Part shown: positions 1 to 11,566 of the stretch, piece by piece
How the letters are laid out: each line of letters opens with the position of its first letter
How positions within the stretch are numbered: the first letter of the stretch is position 1
Program-made: the position numbers and the translations under genes
Source of the DNA: Phyllosticta citribraziliensis
Taxonomy: Eukaryota
Length of the DNA stretch: 64,000 nt
NCBI RefSeq assembly: GCF_038025025.1
Contig: NW_027117339.1
Span: forward strand, 1,550,001 to 1,614,000
Reading direction: 5' to 3'
Notes under the pieces: generated by a model
The model's input: only the letters and a program-made list of their open reading frames with translations
Databases searched by the model: none
What the model was told of the DNA's origin: nothing

Positions 1-2
1 AT

Positions 3-716
3 TTGAACACCACGGTTTCCCAAGCTCTGGTCAAGGCGTATGGTGGAGACCCAGGCACGACAGTCGAAGATGCTCTTGCAATGGATGATGACCCGACTGA
101 GTCTCTGCGACAACTCATATCCCAGGACTTCAGACCCTTCGACAGCTCGCGGAAAATTGGCCGTCATCTCAAAAAACTGGCCCTTCAGCCCTTGATTCCC
201 ATCATCCAAGGTCTCCGTCTTCCCGTGGGCAGGTCCACTCTTGCCATCCAAAAGACCTTGTCTAATCTTCCTGGTCATTGCACCTTCGAACAAGAGCTCG
301 AGAAGGCCAGAGACAACTCCCTAAAAAAGTTTCCAGAGTATCCAGAGGCCTTTCGAGTGGCGGCAGATTCTTTGGATATCCTGGTCCAAGAGCTCGATGA
401 CATCAACAAGCAGAAGGAGGCCGTCAAATCCTTCCTCCATGCCTACAAACGGACCTATGTTGAAGGAAAAGACTACCCTTGGCATATCAAAGATGCAAAT
501 TTAGGTTCGTGGAGAACATTTGCTAGGGCTGTCCCCGTGTCTGGCAAGATTGGAACGGAAATGGATATGAAGGTGGACGCGGCCACCAAAGCGGTCGGCT
601 GGTACCAGCACGAGCGGATTGCCGACTTCGAAAGGCAGCTCGACCTTCTCAACAAGTACGAGGAAACGCTGTCAACCGAGGAGATGCTGTCGGCCTGGGA
701 AAAGCCGTCAACCTAA
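3..716 (+). CDS. 5'-partial hypothetical protein, possibly a decayed gene or pseudogene
   Basis: Open frame of 237 codons runs from the window edge and has protein-like, helical and charged composition. No recognisable domain. The same frame reopens after two close stops (714-716 TAA, 738-740 TGA). Confidence 0.5.
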   Translation: MNTTVSQALVKAYGGDPGTTVEDALAMDDDPTESLRQLISQDFRPFDSSRKIGRHLKKLALQPLIPIIQGLRLPVGRSTLAIQKTLSNLPGHCTFEQELEKARDNSLKKFPEYPEAFRVAADSLDILVQELDDINKQKEAVKSFLHAYKRTYVEGKDYPWHIKDANLGSWRTFARAVPVSGKIGTEMDMKVDAATKAVGWYQHERIADFERQLDLLNKYEETLSTEEMLSAWEKPST

Positions 717-958
717 TGGACTGGCAGCAGATCTTGGTGAGAGGCGGCAAGTCCCTCAGAATACTTCTCGGCTTTCCCCTTGACGGGCCTGGTGGAAAAA
801 GAAATTGTCGACAAATTGAGCAAAAAAAGCGATGGCGAAAAGGACGCCGGATTGAACAACAAATGGATCTCATCAAAAGGGCCAAGACTTCAAAGGTCCC
901 AAAGGATAACTCGGAGGATGTTGATTTCGGAAGTTTGGGTCGTGGGGACGTGGATTGA

Positions 959-1208
959 AGGTTCTTTGGAGTGATGGAAATTTCTTGGGTAGTTTGCTCT
1001 TTGGCAGTTTGCCATGATGGCCATGGGTACAGAGACTCTCTCTTTGGGAGTCTCATGAAAAGGTTGGTTTGAGGTTCTTCGGAAGCGATGGAATTTTCTT
1101 TGGCAGTTGGCTATGGTGGCCCCAGGGACGGAGAGACTCTCTCTTCAAAAGGCTCATGAAAAGTTTGGTTGGAGGTTCTTCGGAAGCGGTGGAAATTACT
1201 TTGGAAGG
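959..1208. repeat. Degenerate tandem repeat, ~2.3 copies of a 101-113 bp unit
   Basis: Units start at 959, 1072 and 1173 with AGGTTCTTYGGA. The first two also share GAGACTCTCTCTT and CTCATGAAAAG.TTGGTT. Confidence 0.75.
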
Positions 1209-1664
1209 TTATGAAGGCCCTGGTGCAGCGGGATTGCGACACCGGAAGGGCAAAGAAGTTCAACCTCAGGAGACAGGCAAAACTCATTCTCATTTGCTCC
1301 ATGGCCTGAAAGAGGTGACAATCCACAAACATGGAAATCACAGAAAATGACTTATTCTTGCGCATGGAAGACACGCTCCACTCACACATTGTCACATCCC
1401 TAACTTGCGAGAGCCTCCGTCGACACTCATAGCAGCCAGTTCTCTTGCGTGATACCGGCGAACTGACCTGACCATGTCCATCTCGGCGCCCAAGTCAAGC
1501 TGGCGACTGACCATGCCGAGCTGTTTATGAAGAGCAAACTTGGTGGCTTCTCCAACATGTGGAACTTGGCCATTTGTCAACTTGCCTCAGCAGCAGCGCT
1601 CAAGTGCCCTCTCCTCCGCTCACCAAACGCACGAAGCATCAGATCCTGCAAAGCTCCAGTCAAA

Positions 1665-2001
1665 ATGCCTCCCAAAGAGAACCCCAAGCCTTCTGGCGAC
1701 GGTTGCGGCCCCGAAGACACGAAGCAGACGACGGACAAGCGCAAGGAAAAGGCATGATCTCAGTGCCACAGCCATCTGAGTCACACCGTCCACTGACTTC
1801 CACCAGATCACGCAGCAGCCAGGCGAGCCATTTGTCCCGAAGACTTTGGAGGATGTCGAAGTATGAAACCTCCCAAGTGAACATTTGGAGGAGCACAACG
1901 CTAATATCGCGTAGAAGAAGCGCAAGGCAGACCGCTTTGTGCGCGAATTCGAGGCCAAGAGCAGGGAACTCCAGAAATACTTCGAGGACCAGGACAAGTG
2001 A
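1665..2001 (+). CDS. Small three-exon hypothetical protein (75 aa, charged)
   Basis: Exons 1665-1751, 1807-1860, 1915-2001. Two phase-0 introns of 55 and 54 nt with branch/acceptor CTGAC..CCAG and CTAAT..GTAG; donors are GCATGA and GTATGA. Spliced product: MPPKENPK...KRKEK-ITQQPGEPFVPKTLEDVE-KKRKADRFVREFEAKSRELQKYFEDQDK*. Confidence 0.55.
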
Positions 2002-5000
2002 GCATCGGAAGAGTCTGCAGCCGTCCAACGAGCTGGGAGAAATTCGAGGCCGAGGAGACCCAATACATCGAGGAGGCCGTGACAGAGATGGGAAGATAGG
2101 GACCCTAAACAGAAGCCGTAGAGGACCAAGGTTGCAGCACAGGCTGCATCTGGAACCGAAATCCAGACCTTTTCCCTACCAGATTTGCTAAATCCATCCG
2201 TGCGTTCTGAGCTTCTTGAATCTTCCAACGACCGGCTCGTTTTTATCCTGCAAGCCTGAAAGTTGGCTCTGCTTGGGTCTCTCTATTTCTTCGGGCAACA
2301 GCTTTCCGTACTTCTTGATTGCATTTAGAGTTTTCAACCTCCAAACTTGGTCCATTTTAGCTTTCTTGCACTTGTTGCCTTGCGAGCTTTGTCGATGACC
2401 TCTGCATCGTATCCAGATCGGCTGCTTTCTATGACTGAAGTGTAGATGCGAAGGCTCAGGGTTCCAATGGTGGAGGTGTCGTCTCTTTGTATCCAGCGCG
2501 TTTGTCGATGTGGTGGTGAGGAAGGTTCGGCGCCGACGCGCCGACGCGTCTTCCTTCCTTCCTTCTCGCGTAACATCCTCCCATCAACAACATCTCCCTC
2601 CATCAGCACTGAAGCCATTCTACGACTCGCGAGCCATCAAACGCACCTCATTTTGGACAGGAAGGCGAAGTGGCATGGATGGTGAGTGATCAACCAAAAC
2701 AGCAAGCTAACAAGGAAAATCCCCTATGAAGCCATGCCCGCCTACGTCATCGCGACCCTCTACCTAGCGCGCAGCTCTTGACAGGACCCTCACCACTCAT
2801 CGTCTCAAGCAGGAAGCAGAAATCAAGTGAACTGGATACCGTATGCAAGCATCCTTTGAGCCCCCAACACCCAAGAAGGAAGCCTCCGCGATACATTCAT
2901 CTTGAACAGCAAGCAAGCACACAAGGCAGTAGCCGTTTCTCCCAGGATACCGCGGAATCACCACAAGCATCGGCCTGCAGAACTGCTCTCCACGAGGGAA
3001 ATGCTCGGATTCGGCTCGACAAACTCTCAACCCACCCCACGCCGATTAAGATGGCATTCTACACTGGCGAAAAAGGACGAGCAAGGCACACCGAGCAGAA
3101 GGAGTCGATGGTCACTCCCGGGGTCAAAGCCAGCATGCGCTCTGGTCGCTTTTGAAGTGCATGGTATGAAAGGCCCATCTCATGTGCGCCAGCCACTGCT
3201 CCCGTACATGGTGTTTCCCGCCCTGCAAGGCTCTCCTGGAAGTCAGTGATTGACCTGCCCAAGACGTCGACCGCATGGATACCACCTGAGCATGCACAGG
3301 AGGAAAGATCGCAGAACATAGTGGGAAGAGCTAAGCAGGCCGAAGGTGCCAGACTTTTGCCCCTTTGGAGCCGGAGCCTATCCAATGCAGCCGACCGTAT
3401 GAATTGAATTGCGCGCCGTGAACCAGGCGAGAACAACGAAGCTATCGACTCCGTGGTCCAAGAATCTCGAGCGCTGGCCTAGTGGCCCCGCACACCAGGG
3501 AAGAAGCCACGAGCGCAGTTGCGAAGAAGTACTGTTGCAGCAAAGTGGACCAAGGATATCCAGCGAACGAGGTTGCATTGCGCATGAATTGCGAAAAACT
3601 TGTGCCAGTCTCGCGCATCGTACGGGAAGACGACCGCTGTGTTCGTCGTGGCAAAGGCAATACCATCTTGGCACCCCCTTACGACGTAATTTCGTAGGGC
3701 AGAAAGATGTTCGTATGTCTATCCTGTCTTATCTTTGCCAGGCGCTGCAACCCCGCACGTCTTCAATCCCACGAGGACATGCCGCGAAACGGCCTGAATG
3801 TGGAAAAGGTTGTTTCATCCAACGACAGTGTTTCACCCGCCGAGAGCCATGAAGGCTTCCTGTCTTCTTCTTTTAGGGCTCGGTCGATTTCTATCTCATT
3901 GTGTCAATAAATGTAAGTGCTCTTTAGGTCCATTTGGTCGAGGACTTCGGAAACTTCCTGTCCGGTCTATTCAGAAGCACGAATGCTTCTTATACTTCGG
4001 CCTGTGACTATGAGTGATCTTCCAGAGAGCAAAGAGTTGCAGATACAGATCAGCCATATCAACTCGTCGAGCCAATGGCACGGTGCCTGTTCCAAAATTT
4101 CTGGAGGACGGATTTCTCCGCGCGTCTACGTCGTTGCACTGGTGTTTGGCATCATCATTCCTTTCTTCAGACATGCAGAATGCAACAACATTCGCCTGAA
4201 ACTCGGAAGAAGTCCCAATTGGAGCGTGCTAGTAGTGGTTGTGGCTGTGAATGAGGGACGACGCGTACACCACTCGAACATGTCCGGATTGTCGTCAAAC
4301 GAACTTGTGATGATGATGTCACTGTTGCTATTTGGAAGGCACGAAGATGTGAGGTTGATCAGAAAAAGGCTCCCGCTTACCTAGGACCGACTATTGATCA
4401 ACAGGGGACTCACTCACACCCCTGGTTTTTACCCCGCATTGTTTCTATTCTTACGTTGCAACCCTTTTCCACCCCAACGGTCTGCCTCGCTCTACTTGCT
4501 TAGCGCTCGGCTACACCCTAGCAATTTTGTGCATCCAGGATTTCCGCGGAACAAAACTTCAAGCTGTAGTTGGTTTTGCCTTCCGGATCTTGTCAGTCAA
4601 GATTTTGTTTGCGGTACTGTTTTATGCAGACATGATGGTTTAGCAAAGAAGACTGCTAACAAATTCATCAGCAAAACCTTGGAACCCGAGGCTTCGGAAA
4701 GTCGGATAGCCTAACCCGGTTGACGCCCAGGCTGCAGATTAGGGTTGATCAGGGTGACGCAATTTACCTATTAGAGAAGTGTCAATACTTCTTTGTCACC
4801 CGACCCCTCAAACTCCTGCAGGCTCGGCCACTGTCATCTATGATCTTTTCGTTCTCCTTGTACCTCGCACTGATCAATTCGACCATCTTTGCCAATTTGC
4901 GCTGTCGCTCAACGCTAGATTGCAAGTGCCAATCTTACCACTGCTCGTCCTATGCGGTTGACGTGTGCGGCACAGGCTACAACTCCGACTTGGCTATAGA

Positions 5001-5749
5001 TGACGTTGAGCTGCCGATTTTTTCGGCCGTTGACCACGTTGCTCCACCGCCGCGAGGCCTCAACTCAACCACAGGTTTTGTGTCGCAGATTTCCGAATTA
5101 ATCTTCCGCGACAAGGTTATTTCGCCATCCAGTCACAGGCCAGCAGGTGACTCGACTGTATCTGTGCGAGCCGAGAGGTCCGCAGTGACGGTCCGCTTGG
5201 ACGGATCCCTCGTGGCGGTCAAGCATCGGAACGGACCGTGCCGCGCTGGAAGGTTAAACAGGAAGAAAACCCAGATTGGCTGCAGGAGCCACTCGGCTGC
5301 CCTCCGGGAGGACAGGGCTATATTTGTTGTTGAGACCGGGGCTCACATCCATTTGAAGCTCATATATATCCCGTTGCTGCAACACACCCGACAACGGATT
5401 CCCGAAGCAGCAATCTCACTGGCCAGTCATTCCGTCTTTAACACATACATCCGGGTCCATCGGAGCATCACAAGACTTATATTCAGTCCTGCACTTGGAA
5501 CATTGAAAAGGACCAGAAAGGACTTTTCCACAGGAGCACCCGCAGTACATTTTGGCCCGAGCCTACCAAGGATTCTGCCGTTCCTCAACCAATCCTACCC
5601 GTAAGGACTCCCTTTATAAGGCCGCCTGCAACTTCAGTCACTAACATTTTTGTAGTTCTACAGTTGAAATCCCCAGTATCCGCACACGACATCCAGACCG
5701 TCATCGTACTTGGCAGCGTATCGAAACAGCCAACCAATCAACACCGACC

Positions 5750-6295
5750 ATGGCAGCAGCCACAGCAGCAGCTATGATCCCGGACACCTTCAGCGTCTCA
5801 GTCCTCGTATTCAAAGGCGATCCCATCGACTGGCAACGCTACCGCCACACCGCACTCTGTTTCCGACCAGCCTCGTCATCTCCATCCCCACCTCCCACAC
5901 CATCGCCGCGGCGCCAGCGACGCGACTCCTCCACTGGCAATGGCGCATCGACACAGGCCCCTCCCCCGCCGCTCATCATTCACGCAATTGGGGCCCCTTA
6001 CGAATACGAAATCCAAGTGATCGACGACTACGAGCCCCGGCGCGATCCAGAGCGCACATTGGTGCAAGACATTGCGGTGGGAAAGCTGCACAAGGCAGTA
6101 ACGAAGGAAGACTTAATCGGTGTGGTTTCGAAAATCCCGGTTGATAACACAGACTCTGAATTCAACTGCCAAACGTGGGTTGAGAAGGCTCTGAAGCAGC
6201 TGAGTGACGAAGGCTGGGTCACAGAGGAAGAGTACAACAATGGAGTGGACGGGATGGTTGAAGCCATCATCGAGGCAGAGGAAGAGCCCGAGTGA
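5750..6295 (+). CDS. DUF6540-like fungal protein (His...NCQxW motif)
   Basis: Intronless 181-aa ORF with YRHTAL, IIHAIG and FNCQTWVEKALKQL motifs. TATA-like TTTATAA near 5613. Confidence 0.75.
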   Translation: MAAATAAAMIPDTFSVSVLVFKGDPIDWQRYRHTALCFRPASSSPSPPPTPSPRRQRRDSSTGNGASTQAPPPPLIIHAIGAPYEYEIQVIDDYEPRRDPERTLVQDIAVGKLHKAVTKEDLIGVVSKIPVDNTDSEFNCQTWVEKALKQLSDEGWVTEEEYNNGVDGMVEAIIEAEEEPE

Positions 6296-7482
6296 ACAGT
6301 CTGTTTCCAAGCGCGAATATCGATTTGAGCATTCCGGGGGAGCTTCATTGGATGCGGTTCACAAATTCTTTTTTTAATTCGCTTGGTTGGTCGGCAATCC
6401 TCCAACTCACGCAGTACGGCATAGGCATCTAGTCTTTCTAATGGCTTTGCATAGGGAGGGACGATTTTGGGCAAGCAGGGGGATAAACTTTTATTCGATG
6501 GGATAGCGTTTGGTGATTTGTCAAGTCCTACTATATATACCCCCAGGATAGCTAGTATCTGAAATTAAGTAGCTGACCTTGAAGACTCCACGGCAAACGA
6601 TGTAAGTATCTGCAATAGAAGTTGACTGCAGAATCCTGCACATCACCATTGCTGTCATCACATGCACCAGGAATATCAACATGAATGGCCCAAGAGCCAG
6701 CACAAAGAAAATATTGCAGGGATCCACGCACCTGGTACTGCGCCGTCTTGGCCTAGTGATCGAAATCTAACCGAAACGGGTATCGAATTGATGACAACCA
6801 TGGAGTATCCCATTGCTCCCATTTTCCGACCTCCGACTGCCCGCTGTACTCGGAGCTCGACGGGATTGCCTGCTTGCATCTCACGCTTGTCTCGACCAAG
6901 CTTTGGCATGGTCCTGTAGTTTTACAGCTTCATTCGACTTGCTTGCGTTACGAGGATTCTTGGACTCTGCTGGAAATGATCATTACGCAAGTGGAGAGGT
7001 CGACATTGGCTCTGCTCATGCACACTTTTCTGGGCTAGAGGGTTGGAAGCAATAAAAATCGCCGAAGATCAAGCAATCAACAGGTGTTGTGACGACGTGG
7101 AGAGGACACTTTCTACTCCCACGCGACTATGACGTGTCAAGTATACATGACTACAAGCTCTATGGCGGACTAGCGGGAGCTAGACAGGGCATGGCAGGGG
7201 CACATGTGCTCCGAGGTCTCTTCCAGAAGAATCAGAAGCGACGCTCGCACGGAATAGATGAAGGCTGCCTCGTAGAGCCCAATCAGACAATTCGAAAACG
7301 TTTCACCATCGCACAGCGCTCAATTTGAATCTGAACACCTTGAAAGCTTGGCTGAGTAGCTGATACTTGACAGAAGGCTTCAGCACTTTTGCGACGATCG
7401 AGTATCTTCGGACCAATTGCTCTGTTACTACAACTTCATCGACTCCACTCCCCGTCTTCCGTTTCGAGACCAGGACTTTCCA

Positions 7483-8532
7483 ATGGCCGACACGGCATCT
7501 CAGACCATTCTGGTCACGGGAGCATCTGGCTTCGTCGGTGCCCACGTCGTCAACAATCTTTGCAACAAAGGATACAAATGCAAGGCTGCTGTGCGGTCTG
7601 AATCATCTGCAGAGCGCGTCAAGAAAGCCCACTCGGCCCACGCATCCCAATTGACTACCGTAGTGGTTCCAGACATCGCAGTTGATGGGGCCTTCGATGA
7701 CGCTGTCAAAGACGTACATGGCATCATCCACGTCGCCAATCCGGTTATGCGCCTGTCCCCCAGCATCTCAAACAACTTGGACGAGCAACTGAATCCATGT
7801 TTCAAAGGCGCCACCTCTATTCTTGAGTCAGCGCACAAGAATAACAAGGAAATCAAACGCGTCGTTTGCACCTCGTGCATTCAAGCCACAATTCCATTCG
7901 CGGGTACCGTGCCAGGCGGCAAGGTGTTCACCGAAGAAGATTGGAGCAATGCCGACTGGGACGAAGCAGCCGAAAGCACAGATGCCTTGAAAGGTTTCAT
8001 TGCGGCTAAGGAGCTCGCCGAACGGGCCCAACACGACTTTGTCGAGAAGAACGGCGCCAGCTTCAATGTGACGACGCTGGTGCCGTCATCGCTCCTCGGA
8101 CCGGCCATCAACAACATCGAGACCATGGACCACTTGTCGCCGTCGGTCCAGGGAGTTTGGTACCTGATCAAAAACGTCATGCGCAGCACCGGACAAGTCG
8201 GAGTTCCGTACTTCACTGACGTGCGCGATCTCGCCGAAGCGCACGTCAAGGCGTTGGAGGCCGGCAGCGAAGGCGGAAATAAGAGATATCTGGTTGTGAA
8301 CGGGCCGGCGACGGGCGATCGCACGGCCTACATGATCATCAAGAATTTCCCCCAGCTGAAGAACAGGCGGTTGGAGAATGCTGCGGCGAGGCCGGCTGGG
8401 GAGCTCTGGAAGTACGACAGTTCCAAGTCGAAGAAGGAGTTGGGTGTTCCGACGCGAACTTTGAAGGCTTGCATGGTAGATATGGTGTCGAGCCTGCTGA
8501 AGATGGAGAAGGAGTCGACGGATGGTACGTGA
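7483..8532 (+). CDS. NAD(P)-dependent epimerase/dehydratase family extended SDR (GRE2/DFR/aldehyde-reductase-like), catalytic residues altered
   Basis: ATG at 7483. Motifs ILVTGASGFVG (Rossmann), VRS, IIHVANP, FTEEDW and DVRDLAEAHVKAL. The usual TSS reads TSC and YxxxK reads FIAAK. Confidence 0.88.
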   Translation: MADTASQTILVTGASGFVGAHVVNNLCNKGYKCKAAVRSESSAERVKKAHSAHASQLTTVVVPDIAVDGAFDDAVKDVHGIIHVANPVMRLSPSISNNLDEQLNPCFKGATSILESAHKNNKEIKRVVCTSCIQATIPFAGTVPGGKVFTEEDWSNADWDEAAESTDALKGFIAAKELAERAQHDFVEKNGASFNVTTLVPSSLLGPAINNIETMDHLSPSVQGVWYLIKNVMRSTGQVGVPYFTDVRDLAEAHVKALEAGSEGGNKRYLVVNGPATGDRTAYMIIKNFPQLKNRRLENAAARPAGELWKYDSSKSKKELGVPTRTLKACMVDMVSSLLKMEKESTDGT

Positions 8533-9606
8533 GGAGCAGGTCGCGGCTGATTGGGAGCAGAGTTTGTGTAGAGCAAATCAAGATGGCGAAGAATGTGTCA
8601 GCTTGGTGTTCGGAGCGGGTAATTCAATTCAATTCTGATGGTAAAGCTATTTCAGCAAATACAACCCACAGGGTCACATTTTTCAACATGGAGTACTTTT
8701 GTCGACTCTAGGTCTGCAAAATCCGGTTCGGTTCGTCATAGCAGTCGAGAAAAGGGTTGTCTCCCTCAACAGTAGCGATGATGTGGAAGGAGATGGATAC
8801 CGCAGACATGACAGCTTGTCGTAGGTCTTGAAAAGAAGCAAATGAGGTTTCGGACTGCTATATGGGGCCGACTGGCCGGATTCAGAAGAATACATCTCGG
8901 AGACCGGGTTGCCAGCAAGCGTTCAACCAGGAAAGGTTGTGGCGAATGCAAGAAGAGGACGGAGAAAATGGGTGCCTGTATGGATTCGAAGTCGAGAAGC
9001 CACTGAAACGTACGGAGGAGCAGGAAGCCGGCACCAGGCGATGATACCACATCCAATGAATCGCAGGTAGCAGGGTTCTCTTCTTTTCGGCGCGATTTTG
9101 GTAGATGTCGGTCCGCAAGCACAGCTGAAAGACATTGTTCCTTGTACTTCCTTCAAAGGTAGCGGGAACAAGCCTTTGATTGGCGGCGAAGCTTGATGGA
9201 TTGGATGATTGATTGGGCTGGTTCGGTAGCGAAACAAGCAATGGTTGAGCGGCGCATTTGACGACGAATTGACGGTACCATGGCTTGGCGACCAATCCTT
9301 ATCTTGCCAAGAGCATGATGAAAATCTGTTGTCACTTGTTCAGCGATAATGATTTCTCCCTGTCCTTACCTTTTCCAAGGATACGAACGGCCCCTGTACA
9401 GTACTCTCAGCATATCAACAGAGGTCCGTGTCGCAATTGTCATCACCGAGCTTTGAGTGTTGAGTCGCAATGAAATGGTTCAAAGGTGACTTTTCGTTCC
9501 TCTATTTTTTGGTTCCGTGGGAAAAGCGATCCGCATCTATGGCCCGGGATTCTGAACAACTTTTTTTGAAAAGCCAAACAAAGCACTCAACCATAGCCTA
9601 TCCCTT

Positions 9607-11566
9607 CTATTCCCAAAGGCACGTGAGAACCTTGGTCCACTTGCTGTTCCTCACCGGTGGCGGCTTCTCTTCCGCCAACACGCGTTCCATGCCCGTGTGA
9701 AGGTCTACTTCGTGCGGGTCGTACGCCCACTTGTCGTTTCTCGCGTAAATGCGATGGCCAAAGTAGATGGCCGCAAAGATGGGAATGCCAATGTACGAGG
9801 TCAGGAAGGAGCTGGCCGACCAATTTTCAGGCCAGAAGACGGTGAAGCCGTTGATAAGCAAGAGGAACGCGTAGCCGACCATTATAATGTAGGAGCCATA
9901 TGGCTGAATCGGGCTGCGATAGGGGAGCTCGCCGGTGACGTTTTGGGTGATGCAGGCCCTGCGGAAGCGGAGATAGATGATGCCGCAGGCGATCCAAGAA
10001 ATGTAGGAAGATGTGTTGGTGATGTTGACAAACTGATGAAGAGTTAGTTATGCTTGCTTACCGGAATCTGGGGACTGGAGACTGAGCCAGGCAAAAGTAA
10101 ACGGGGCTGCTTACCCAGTTGAAGACCACCGATGCAGAGTTGCCCACGTTGAGGTATGCCAAAAGACAGAACACACTCGTAGCGGCAACGCACATGTATG
10201 GAATACCAGACTTGGTACACCGGCTGAAAATCTTGGGCGCAGAGCCTTGCAGAGAAAGCGCGTAAAGAGATCTAGAGCTGAGGTAGAAGAAGCCGTTCGC
10301 TGAGGACCAGGCGGAGATGAGGATTCCTCCGTTGACGACCGAATCCAGTGCCTTAATTCCGTTGCGCTTCATTCCAATGACGAATGGCGAGCTTCCAGCT
10401 CCTTCTCCTCCTGCAGTCAGCGCTGGGTCGTTGCTTGGAACAATGATGCCGATGGCAAGGACGCATCCGACGTAGAAGAAGATCAAGCGGTAAATGTAGC
10501 GGCGGGCTGCGATTGGAAGATTGCGCCGAGGGCTCTCCATCTCGCCTCCGGTAGTGATCAGCATTTCAGGAGCGAAGGCAAAGCTAGTTGAACAGTTAGT
10601 ATCGCGAGTGTAAGGCATTGGGGTTGTCCCGGTCGTTGGTGGTTTGCAGGTGATCCTTTTAGCATGCAGTAAAAGTGGTAAACTTACGGGAAAGAGGACA
10701 TGACAAAAGTCGACAGAAGCGCGATAAACCGGCCAGTGTCTCCTCCGGCCATGTACGTGTTTGCGGCACCTGGCTCTTTCCAGTAGCGGAATCCAAGACG
10801 GTCTTTGGAAGGACCACCACCAAAGAAGAGGATAATCGAGACCATGAGCAATCCGAGCATCATGATGACTTTTGTGGCCGCGAACCAGAACTCGGTTTCA
10901 CCATAAAAGCGCACCGGCAAAGCGTTAAGGCCGATGACGACGACCATCATAATGGTGATCCAAACACCAATATTGACCGGTGAATTCCAGTAGTCGATCA
11001 CAAGTCCGGCAGCTGTAAGTTCGTATGGGACCAAGATTCCAAGCGAGTAGAAGTATAGGTATCCGAGAGCGAATCCGAGCGATTTCGAGACGTAGCGGTA
11101 TGCGAAAAGATTCATGGAAGATCCAGGGGTTGGTAGGTAGGCCGCAACCTCGACGATGGCCGTGACAACGCAGAAGATGAAGAATGACAGAACAATGTAG
11201 CTGCCCAAGAGGAAGGCTGGTCCTCCTCTCGCGAGTGTTTGTCCGGATCCTACGAATAGACCAGTTCCAATGGTACCTCCGAGCGCCTAACGAGTTGTAA
11301 GCTTCGGCACGAGCAAAGCATTTACACTTTTCGTACGATCATCTGAGCATGTCTTGATTTGAGGCCCTGAGAAACTGTTAGTTGTAGACTCGGGGAAATA
11401 GGCGACACGGATTTTGCGCAACAGAGTAGAAACTTACACGCTGTGTTGACTGCGTCTCGCCTTCAAACACCTCCCCAGCGAGCACATCGGTACCAAGCGG
11501 TTTGACGCGCGAGCTTCCATCGTAGGAAGGCGGATCATTGCTGCTGGCCTTTTCGATGCTTGCCAT
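9607..11566 (-). CDS. Amino-acid permease (APC/YAT family), proline-permease PUT4/PrnB-like, ~550 aa
   Basis: Exons 11566-11438, 11366-11337, 11286-10688, 10583-10115, 10032-9607, all GT-AG and in frame. Signatures GLKSRHAQMIALGGTIGTGLFVGSG, YGETEFWF, LGFRYWKEPG, FAFAPE and multiple TM segments. Confidence 0.92.

Noticed and set aside
4720..5604. 294-aa ORF
   Set aside because: TTG start, no recognisable motif, and it overlaps the probable promoter of the 5750 gene.
10033..10114. Second GTAAGC donor (10061) inside permease intron 4, a possible nested or twin intron
   Set aside because: The residual intron would be 29 nt and the 53-nt shift breaks the frame. No stwintron geometry.
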